Below are positions 1 to 12,000 of a stretch of 64,000 nucleotides of DNA, piece by piece. Source of the stretch: Tubulanus polymorphus (lineage: Eukaryota; Animalia; Nemertea); NCBI RefSeq assembly GCF_964204645.1, contig NC_134032.1, positions 14,682,275 to 14,746,274 on the forward strand. The letters run 5' to 3'. Each line of letters starts with the position of its first letter. Positions within the stretch are counted from its first letter, which is position 1. The translations under genes were made by a program, and so were the position numbers. Below the pieces are notes generated by a model. It did no database searches and was not told the origin of the DNA. It saw only the letters and a program-made list of their open reading frames with translations.

Positions 1-26
1 AGATCACGGTTAGCTTCAATACGCAC

Positions 27-3000
27 CTTCGAGAAATGTTTTTCGATATCCTGCATCAACAGATCGAGTCGTTTGATACCCGGGTGATTGGCTATTTGAA
101 CATGAATTAAACCGTTATCAGCGACGTGTGTGACGACAACCTCTAGAATGCCACCCTCCTAGAAATACACAAAATATTAACAATTTATCCTAGAAATACA
201 TGGAATATGAATACTTAAACCTGGAAATTTTTGACTAATCACTTCGCTTTCAATATCATAAACTCGAATAGCAATGTTTTAAAGTTTCGCAAATATTTTT
301 CTAGATTTTTCTAATTGCGTGAGTTTTCGAGGAAAGGATGAACCCCGATACAAATTGACCATCCTCCCTCGGCAGGGATTAGAACCAGATAGAATCGTTA
401 GAGTTAGCAATGGCATGACCCCCTGCCAGAGTAGACCCGGTGCGCAGGGACATGCGCAGCTTTGCTGCACGAAAACTTGCTGCACCAATCAGATCGCTCG
501 TTGTATAATCGCTTAGGTAAATTTCACGGTGGAACTATAAGTGGGAAAACCCAGGCTAAAATAAAACAGGATTTCTGATTGGTTAATAATGACATCATCT
601 AAGCTGCGCATGTGGTCTAGTGTGGCAGGGTTTCGTACCGCGGCAATCTCAATGTCATCAGGTTCGAATCCCAGCCGGGGGAGGTAAGAAATTGACGGGA
701 AATACCTCCGGTAAAACTGGACTAAACTCTTCGTCGTTGACCGTGTTAGTGATTAGATCGTTGACATTGACGTCTGCTGCAGTAGACGTATCGTACAGTA
801 ACACCGACAGACGATCCGACCGATCTAAAACCTCAGCTATGAATGTTTTATTCAGCAGTATCTGAATAAGGGTCTCGATGACGCTGTCTTTCTCGTTGAA
901 ATCCTCGAGTCCGGCCAGCGAGCACGTCACCGCCTGGAATAATAAACGAAAAACATTTTAATCAACTCAGTTTAAAACAGTAACTGATTAAACATAACCA
1001 ACTTAACTCTGTTTTGAGGGTAACTGTTCTCCAGAGATATCATTCTGTTTTGAGGATTACACGTTCACTACCACCCTGATAATACAGTGCTGCCCCCTAG
1101 AGTTCTACTTCGAATTTACTCCTATGTTGCCAATACAGCTATATCGTAGTGCACTATCGTTCAAATATTGACCAATCAGCACCGATTGAATTTTTTCTGT
1201 AGCAGCTAATTTTGGTTGAATAAACTAATTTCAAACGTGAGTATAAAAATTTGTTTGATTACTACATATTATATGAAGATTAACATATTTGAGGAGGACA
1301 CCCTCGGGCCCTAAGAGCTGTATCTGAAGGGGGATGCCCTCGGTTGCAACTGGAAGAACAATTGTGTCCGCTGAAACATGAATGCGCTAGGGAATAGACA
1401 GGTTTCTGCTACCGCGTCGCAACAAGTTGCTTGAGGTTGTAAGGCAGACCAACGCTAAATTCCAACAAACAAACAAACAAACAATACAAAATTGAAATCA
1501 ATGAGAGCAAACTCAAATTTATTACCATATACTACAATATATGAGCGAATGATGAAGGAAATCAGAAAGAGAAAGAAAATCCTGGGTCGTTGCGCGTATT
1601 GTTAGTTACCAGTATTTCATTATGATTGACAAGTGCTGCCATTTTTCAAGAGGATAATTACTAATTGCATCAATACACCGCAGTGCGATGTTTTTCAAGA
1701 GGATAATTACTAATTACATCAATACACCGCAGTGCGATGTACTAGCAAAATCCATCACTGATTTATACACCGCACTGAAAGGTTTAAGTAAAGTTATTCA
1801 GCACTGATTTATACACCGCGCTGAAAGGTTCAAGTAAAGTTATTCAGCACTGATTTGTACGACTTGCCACAATTCAATATCTTCCTCTAAACTGCCTCCG
1901 TAGGCGACCGTTTCATGCCAAATTTTCTCCAATTTCAAATTCGCTTTTTTCGCTATTTCGGCGAGAATTTCCATGAATCCTAAACCGCTACCGAAACAGA
2001 TAACGGCCCGCCCGCCCGGACGTAGGTGTCCGTGGGCTCCCGTTATAAAACGGCCGATAGCCTCGTAATCTCGGTCAATTAAAGAGCGATCCAACATCGT
2101 TAATTCATCTGCTCTATCGACGGGCTCGTACAGATATGGAGTATGCCAGAAAATTAAATCAAACTTTTCATCTTCGCGAATATTTCCGTAAACGTCGGAA
2201 TATCGCACGTCTCCCGGGACTGCGTAACGCTCAAAATTCACTTTAGTATTCTCTAAAGCTTGTCGATTGATGTCGGTCGCCAACACGTAACTAAGCTTCG
2301 ATTTATTGCGTAAATAATAAACGACGCTGACGCAACCAGTACCGCATCCGATTTCTAACATTCTAGCGCCATCTACTGTCTCTTGCGGTAGATTCAGCGC
2401 CATCGACTCGTAACCCGTCATATAGTAAACGTCGTGAAAATTTACGAACTTCTCGCCGCAAAATTCAAACTCGTGTCGACCTCCGTCTTGTGATATCAAT
2501 TTCTCATTTACTCCAAGCAGACGCCTACAGTCCGCCACGATCTCATTAGTTTTGTCCAATTTCTTCTGATCCAAAGAAGTCGTCATTTTAACAGTTTCTC
2601 CACAAAGCAGTTTATGAATATAACAAGTAAAAATGTGCCTTTATCATTCATTTGTTATCAGAGGTCAGAGTTTTATCTTTAATGTATAAATTGATGCTCT
2701 AGTTTTGGTTCATTCTTATCTCGTTTGACTTTTACCTCCTCATAAAACCAATTCAGCGATCGATCTTCAATCTCAAAAACCAAACCAAATATCGACGGAG
2801 AAAATTAATGGAACATCTAAGAGTGTGCAGATATATTATTTGAAACCATAGGATTTAAATGAAGTGTTAGTTTGATTCTATTGTATTTAATTTCACAGTT
2901 TATAACAGAAAATGAATAAACTGTGATACTAAAACACCAGTCAAATGAGATCAGCTTTTACATATATCACACTATGACTGAACATTGGAGTGAACTGGCA

Positions 3001-6000
3001 CCATTCATGACTGCATGTTACATGCACCAGTCACTAGTGACATGTATCTCTACCAAACCACTAACCCTAGGTCACATGACCACCAGTGACATCATACTCC
3101 TAGCCAGCCAATCAAACCCTAACCCTAGCCCTAGGTCACATGACCACCAATGACATCATGACTCTAGCCAGCCAATCACATATAAACCCTAGGTCAGCTG
3201 ACCAACTGTGACTTGTAATCCTAGCCAGCCAATCACAGATCACCCCTAGGTCAGCTAAACATCTGTGACATGTAATCCTTCTCAGCCAATCACAGTTCAC
3301 CCCTAAGTCAGCTGACCAACTGTGACATGTAATTAGAAGTTTTGTTGAGAGAACAGAAAGCTTTGTCAGTCCCCACAGAAATCCATTCACGCTCTTGGGA
3401 CTTTTAGAGTTATCACTTACATCATTGATACAATCAAAAAAAAGAAATGAATGCATCATTAAATATCTTTTTTTTCATGAATACACAATACAAGAGAACT
3501 TTATTGAACTCAATAAAATTTAATAATGAAAATAATTCAAGAGTGTAATACAATGAAGAACAGACAGGTGACAGTTATATAATAATGCAATCAAAAGGGC
3601 CGGCAGCGCGTAACGCACACAGGGCTCTGTCACCAGAAACCCAGAGTGGTCCAAACGCTTGTCGTATAAACTCAATACAGCTCAAGATCTCCGGATAACA
3701 TTTCACTGTTCGTGCTAGATTTTCACCAGTTTCATATAATTCACTTCATTTGCTTTTTCATTCAGCGCCCTCTACTGTCTGTTCTGGTAAATTCAGCGCC
3801 ATCGTATTGTTTCCCGTCAAATAGTAAACCTCGTGAAAATTAACAAATTTCGCGCCGCAAAATTCAAACTCGCGTCGACCTCCGTCGTCTGCTATCAATT
3901 TCTCATTTACTCCAAGCAGACGTCGATAGTTCTCAACAATCTCATCGGATTCGTCAAATTTTTTCTGGTCCAACATGGGCTCAGTAATTACTAATTATAT
4001 AAGATTTTAGGGATGATTTGGTAAAAGTTACACAGACACTTGCCACAGTTCTACATCGCCGGATAATATTTCACCTAAGAAAATTACTTCATGCCAAATT
4101 CTCTCCAACCTCCGGTTCACTTTCAGCGCTTTTTCCTTAAGAACTTCTATAAATCCAATATGGCTTCCGAAACTGAAAACTGCCTTTCCGCCCGGGCGTA
4201 GGTGAGTTTGGGCCCCAGTAATATAACGCCCGAGAGCCTCGTAGCCGGGGTCGGCCATAGCTCGATCTAACATCGTCAAATCTCCGGCTTTTTCAATCGG
4301 GAGATAAAAACAAGGAGTATGCCAGAAAATCAAATCAAACTTTTCATCTTCGCGAATATTTTCGAACACGTCGGAATATCGCACGTCTCCCGGGACGGCG
4401 TAACGCTCAAAATTCACTTTAGTATTCTCTAAAGCTTGTCGGTTGATGTCGGTCGCCAACACGTAGCTAAGCTTCGATTTATTGCGTAAATAATGTACGA
4501 CGCTGACGCAACCAGTTCCGCAACCGATTTCTAACAATCTAGCGCCATCTACTGTCTGCTCCGGTAAATTCATTACCATCGAATCGAAACCTGGGTAATA
4601 ATATACATTTCGAAAATTGACAAATTTTTCGCCGCACAATTCAAACTCGTGTCGACCTCCATCGTCTGCTATTAACTTTTCATAGATCTCAGCGAGACGT
4701 CGCGATTCCGTAAACATTTCGTTAGTTTTCTCCAATTTATTCTGATCCAAAGAAGTCGCCATTTTAACAGTGTCAGTTTATCGAGTAGAAACAAGCGATC
4801 ATCAGTATATGGACTGAGAGCGCAGTGCCTCGAGTAGACACAATTAGATATGATCATAGTTCAGTTATGAAAATATATCATAGTTACGCTAAAAAACATT
4901 TATGCCTTGTTTCTCCTTTCTGGTGAGTCCACCTTGACCCCACCAGCTGCCTATATACCCTGCTAACCATAACAGACCCAGGGGCCGGTTCCTCAGTCGA
5001 GACTTAAGTCCAAAAATGGTCTTAAATTTTAAGACTGGTCTTAAGTTGTTGGATTGGTTATAGAACTAAGACTTAAATTGGTCTTAAGCCTAAGCCATGA
5101 CTATGGAACTGGGCCCAGCAGTTTTAGAAATGAACTGATTACAAATTTCATCACAGTTAACAACAGTGAACCACCAGCCGATTAGGAGAAACAAAGTATC
5201 ATTTCAGTTTAGCCTTATATAATGTCTGACCTGATTCATGTGTCTGGCGCTCTCATTTTTTTTAAAATATCAAGCTCATCGTCCTATTTAGTTAATTCAT
5301 AGATAAAGGGGTCATCTAAGAAAATCATCTGACAAGAGTAAAGTTCAATATTTCAGGGTTGTACCAGTATTTGCTGGGCCCTGGCTGAAGAGGTGCAGGG
5401 ACCCCCGCTGAGACCTATAGATAAGTTTGGGTTGCACAGTTTCCATAGTAAGATCTACATTATGAAGTGAATGAAGATAACAAGAGGCCCATGGGCCCAT
5501 ACTGCGGTATTAAGTACCCGCTCTCATCTACCAGATAACGAACGAGAAAAATGCGATCGAATAACTTTTTGGACCATTAAATCAGAAATCTGGTGACGCT
5601 ACGTTGTGGGGAATAATTGAAACATTTTTTTAGTCATTTTCAGCTGTTTCTAATGTTTTACGTGAACGGAGTGACAATTTGAAGTTAATATGAAAATGAG
5701 AAGAGTCGGCGCTTTTTTTTCGTACTACTATTTTTTCGATCCATTTTACTAGCATTGGCGAGATACGACTTTTAGAGTCTCAATTTAACATTCTTCATAG
5801 ATAAATATTATTGATTCTTATTGATTTATTCCTGTATCGATGTTATTGTAGTTCCTCCACTGGAAGGATTTGTAATGAACAGAGTTCTCGGAGATTATTT
5901 TGAAACGCTTTTATACAAGATATTTGTATCAATAGACGTCAACCAATGCTGAAAATGATAAAACAAATTTAATTCCCCATCTACATAATGCATACAGCTC

Positions 6001-9000
6001 GAGATCTTCGCACAAAATTTCGCTGTAGGTCAAAGTTTCGTGCCAGATTTTCTCAAGTTTCATATTCACTTCATTTGCTTTTTCGTTCAGAACTTCAATG
6101 AATCCATAACCGCTTCCGAAACTAAAAACTGCCCTCCCGCCCGGGCGTAGATGTTTGTGGGCGCCGGTTACAAAATGCCCGATAGCCTCGTACGCGGGGT
6201 TGACCAAAGCTCGGTCCAGCATAGTTAAATCTGCAGCTTTATCAATCGAGAGATAAAGATAGGGAGTATGGCAGAAAATCAAATCAAACTTTTCATCTTC
6301 GCAAATATTTTCGAACACGTCAGAATATCCGACGTCTCCCGGGACGGCGTAACGCTCAAAATTCACTTTAGTATTCTCTAAAGCTTGTCGGTTGATGTCG
6401 GTCGCCAACACGTAACTAAGCTTCGATTTATTGCGTAAATAATGTACGACGCTCATGCAACCAGTACCGCATCCGATTTCTAACATTCTAGCGCCATCTA
6501 CTGTCTGTTCCGGTAGATTCAGCGCCCCCGTGTTGTAACCCGGGTGATAATACACGTCGCGTAAATGAACGAATTTCACGCCACAAAATTCAAACTCGTA
6601 TCGACCTCCGCCGTCTGCGACCGATTTCTGATTGACTTCTTGCAGACGTCGCGATTCCGTCAAAATCTCGTTAGTTTTCTGATTCAAAGAAGTCGTCATT
6701 TTAACAGTATTTTTTTTTCTTCAGTCTATTGAGAGTAAGAACAATGCACAAGCACAGAATACACCGTAAAATGCTATTCGCTTGAGAGACAGCTGTGTGT
6801 GTGTCTGATCAGATTTATAGCTACGTCTACACTAGCATTTTGTACCCGGGGGGGGGGGTTATGCGTCTCCGCTACTATGCGTCTCCGCTACGCTCCAAAC
6901 ACGGGTTCAATGCAGAGTTTTCTGCAAAACCCGGGTTTTAGAAACCCTTCTTGAAAGAGAAGAGCACACTTCGCATTGAACTCGCGTTTGCCTAAAACTC
7001 CACATTTTTTGCTAGCGTAGACAGTGAACCCGCGTTCAATGCAGGATTCGGGCGCCACAATTGACCTTGAACTTGCACTACAGATGTTGATTCTTATTTA
7101 CCGGAACTGTGTTAGGTGTAGACGCTACTCACAGGTTTTCATTGGACCCGGGTATGTTGAAACCCAGGTACAACGCGCTAGTGTAGACAAGGTTTATGCG
7201 TATACTGCGGTTGTAGTGTTTTTTTTTTTTAAATCAGGTAACTCATTCCATGGGGGACCAGTTATTCAGTTCATTCATTCATAAGTCCAGGGATTATCTC
7301 AGAAAATTGGTTTTACAAACTGCTGCAGTTGATCACACCATCTGATGGGATAGCCAGTAACACGTTGGTCGAGGTCATCGATCAGTTTCAGCTTATCCTT
7401 CTTACTCGGTGAAACTACAAGTCTGTAGGGTCGGTTCAAAAGGGTCAGTTCCTAAATTCAACTGAAGAAAAAAGTTTGACCAAAACCAGTTTATTTTCTA
7501 AGCATTTTACACTTTATTTTTGTTATACAAGAGATATCATATTCACTAACAAATAACTATAGCGTTTAGCAGTACATAATTCTAATTAAGGAAAATGTTA
7601 ATTACATGGTCCCCACAGTTATATGAATTCAAAATTTCCAGGTTTTTCCCAAGAATTTCACGGGTGATTTTTCAATTTTCCCAAATGGAAATGAACACAT
7701 ATCGTCATGCAACAGTCAACATTTTAGCGGTGACAGGTTGATAAAGGTGATTTTCAAGGGAAATTGCTGAAGAGAGCCGCCCTTGGCAAATGCGATACGT
7801 GAAATGTAATGAATTTCCCAAGTATTTCCCTGATTTGAGGAAAATTTTCAAATTCCCAAATATTTCTAAACCGGGAATTATCATTTCAAAATTCCAAAGT
7901 TTTTCCCAATTTCCCCGTTCTGTGGGAACCATGTTATGAATACGTATCATACGGAATAAGCAAAGAAAAGCATCGAAATAAACGTGCAATGTATGCAATT
8001 GCGTCATCTATTACAGCATCAATAAAATAACTAAGATAATCCCCACTTGCCACAGCAGTTTCGTCCGATACCTCATTAGCATATCGTTTAAATATTTTAT
8101 GTAAAGTTACTCGGCACTGATTGGTTCAACCTGCCACAGTATGACATCCTCCTCTACAGTACTGCCGTAATTTATCATTCCGTGCCAGATTTTCTCCAGT
8201 TTCAAATTTTCTTTCTTAATCTTTTCGTTCAGAATTTCAAAGATTCCAAATCCACAAAAAACTGCCCGCCCGCCCGGGCGTAGGTGCCCGCGGGCTTCCA
8301 TTATATAACGACTGATAGCCTTGTACCCGGGGTCGGCCAATGACCGGTCCAGAATCGTCAAGCAGTCGGCTTTATCAATTGGCATGTAAACACAAGGAGT
8401 ATGCCAGAAAATCAAATCAAACTTTTCATCTTCGCGAATATTTTCGAACACGTCGGAATATCGCACGTCTCCCGGGACGGCGTAACGCTCAAAATTCACT
8501 TTAGTATTCTCTAAAGCTTGTTGGTTGATGTCGGTCGCCAACACGTAACTAAGCTTCGAATTATTACGTAAATAATGTACGACGCTGACGCAACCAGTTC
8601 CGCATCCGATTTCTAACATTCTAGCGCCATCTACTGTCTCTTGCGGTAAATTCAACGCCAACGAGTCGCAACCCGTCATAAAGAAAACATTATGAAAATT
8701 AACAAATTTTTCTCCGCAAAATTCAAACTCGTGTCGACCTCCGTTTTCTGTTATCAATTTCTCATTCAATTCTAATATCTGACGACCTTGAGTCAATAGC
8801 TCCGGTACGTCGAGTTTTTCCTGATTGGCAGACGCCGTCATTTTTAACAGCAGTTCTAATAGAGTTTCAGCGAACGTAATTCAGTGCTATCTCAATAAAC
8901 GTTGAACAGTAGATGGCAGAAAAAAAACCAGCGAAAATAAATAAATAATATAAATACCATAAATAACAAAATATAGGACAAATTTCATTATCCAGCTGTC

Positions 9001-12000
9001 ACAGACGAGTCTAATATGGCTCGTGTCTAATTTGAGAGCGCTCGATACTAAACACAAAGCGAAGTGTGTCACTTCTGGAACCTGTAGCAATGACCCGCGC
9101 TAAAATTTGGAAAAAGTTGAAGGCCATGAGTAATGACTGCATAGAACAAACTACATTAAATAGACGTTTTCTATGAAATAAATTGACTTACACTTGAACT
9201 GGATGTAACAGTCAACAGACATTAGACGAAACAGTCGGGCCAAATTGGCACGGAACAGGCTCGCGCCAAATTTGGCCCGTGCCTAATAAGAGAGCGCGTT
9301 CACACGTAAACCATTCACTCGATACTAAACAATGCTCAAACAAAGCGAAGTGGATCATTTCCGGTGCCAGTTGCAATTCAAACGCAATCATTTGTCTGGT
9401 GCTAAAATTTGGCTCGGGCCTCGTCCAACATTTTTGGTCGGGCCAAATTTGGTCCGGGCCCAACAGGCTCGGGCCCATTTTGCACCCGTGTGAACAGTTG
9501 TTCCGGGCCAAATTTGGCCGGGCCAAATATGCTCGTGTGATAGCGGCTACAATCAACTGACATTAGACAAAACAGTCAACAGACATTAGACATTAGACAA
9601 TCAACTCGTGTAGATTTTCACACACTTTTGTCTCGCGTTAAGCATAAATAAATCAGGGCCCGGTTCCATAGACAGGGCTTAGACTTGACTTAAGACCGGT
9701 CTAAGACAAACTTAGTTCTATAGCAAATCTAACGACTTAAGACCTGTCTTAAGGTTTAAGACCACTTTTGTCTCGCGTTCAGCATAAATAAATCAGGGCC
9801 CGGTTCATTAGACAGGGCTTAGACTTAAGACCGGTCTAAGACAAACTTAGTTCTATAGCCAATCTAACGACTTAAGACCTGTCTTAAGGTTTAAGACCAC
9901 TTTTGGTCTTAAGTCTTCACTATGGAACCGACCCCAGGGCCGTATCTCGATAAATTGTGTCCACGTTTTTCCCTAAAGTTACTCATCAGCGCTTATCTGT
10001 AGGATTTCCCATAATTCCAAGTCTTCAACCATTTCTCCAATTTTCACCAATTCGTGCCAAATTTTCTTCAGTTTCAAGTTTGCTTTTTTCGCTTTATCAT
10101 CGAGAACTTCAAGCATACCGTACGCGGCGGAGTAAGCCATTATAACCCTGCCGCCCGGACGTAGGTGTCCGTGGGCTCCGGTTATAAAACGCCCGATAGC
10201 CTCGTAGCCGGGGTCAGCCATAGATCTGTCCAACATCGTTAAATCATCAGCCATTTCCCTCGGCACAAAAGTATAAGGAACGTGCCAGAAAATCAAATCA
10301 AAATTTTCATCTTCGCGAATATTTTCGAACACGTCGGAATATCGCACGTCTCCCGGGACGGCGTAACGCTCAAAATTCACTTTAGTATTCTCTAAAGCTT
10401 GTCGGTTGATGTCGGTCGCCAACACGTAACTAAGCTTCAATTTATTGCGTAAATAATGTACGACGCTCATGCAACCAGTTCCGCATCCGATTTCTAACAT
10501 TCTAGCGCCATCTACTGTCTGTTCCGGTAAATTCAGCGCGATTGGATCGAAACCGTCCAGATAAAAAACATCGAAAAAATTAACAAATTTCACGCCGCAA
10601 AATTCAAACTCGCGTCGACCTCCGTCTTCTGTTATCAATTTCTGATTATTTTCAACCAGTTCTCGGCCCTCTTCTAACATCGCTGTCCGTTTAGCAAGTT
10701 TTTCTTGATCGAGAAAAGTATCTGCCATTTTGCGAAGGAGTATTACTAACGATAAGGATAGTAGTTAGACAGACGTTCAGACAGCAGCCGTAGACAGATA
10801 TTCAGACAGCAATCGTAGACAGACCTTCAGACAGCAATCGTAGACAGACGTTCGGACAGCAGCCGTAGACAGATATTCAGACAGCAATCGTAGACAGACC
10901 TTCAGACAGCAGCCGTAGGCAGACGTTCAGACAGCAATCGTAGACAGACGTTCAGACAGCAGTTGTAGACAGGGATTCAGACAGCAGCCGTAGACAGATG
11001 TTCAGACAGCAATCGTAGACAGACGTTCGGACAGCAGCCGTAGACAGATATTCAGACAGCAATCGTAGACAGACGTTCAGACAGCAGTTGTAGACAGGTA
11101 TTCAGACAGCAGCCGTAGACAGACGTTCAGACAGCAGCCGTAGACAGACCTTCAGACAGAGTCGTAGACAGATATTCAGACAGTTGCAGGTAGTTGGCAG
11201 CGCTCGCTGTCACACTACATCAAATGAGCAGTCAACAAAATTTTGGAAGCATAAAAAAACAGCAATCACTGACAAGTGACATAAACCACACACGTACCGC
11301 GCGCTAGACCCGGATAGGAATAAAAAAATCTACTCAATTTAAAAAATAATTTATCAATAATCTGATAATGAAGTGACCCGAGAACCAGGCTTAAAAAAAC
11401 ACGTTGAAAAGTCCTGAATTGCAAGCGATTATTTCTGATAATTATTATATCCACAGCTGGAATTTCACTTTAAGTAGATTTTCTAAAGAATTGAGTTATA
11501 TCCCACAAAATATCAATAGAATATCAATAGAATATAAATGTGACAGGCGTCTGGTTATCATCACACTGCTGTATTTGAAAGACTCTTCATTCGACACGAT
11601 ATAAAATTCAGAAATCAATTAACGTTTTCGTATAGAGTTTGATAGTTTGATATCTGTTTTATATCAATATTGTAGACAGCTACGTATTCAAGTCTTTTCA
11701 TTCGAATATTCGAGTTCTAAAGGGTATTATTAATAAATCTTAACCCTCCCTCCCTCCATTCTCCACGAAAAAACAACCACCAAACTGCTACTGCTATTAT
11801 ATCTGTTCAGTTCGCAACTGTCTATATGCTGTACATATGAGCCCGAACTAACAAACAGTTTGCCAATTAAGGAGAAATTGGCGATGAGATTTTCATTTTA
11901 TTACCGACTTATCAAAATTCGACAGATTGTGATAATTTTCACAAAAAAATAATCCGCATTTTTAAAAAGATTTTACGATAATTTCGATGAATTATCCGAT

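Noticed and set aside
606-682. tRNA gene
   Set aside because: A and B boxes are present but there are no acceptor or anticodon stems; treated as a SINE-like remnant.
8041-8090. Hammerhead-like motif on the minus strand just 3' of methyltransferase copy 4 (CTAATGAG..GGACGAAAC)
   Set aside because: The core reads CUAA instead of CUGA, stem II is weak, and there is no NUH site with a stem I; at best a dead remnant.
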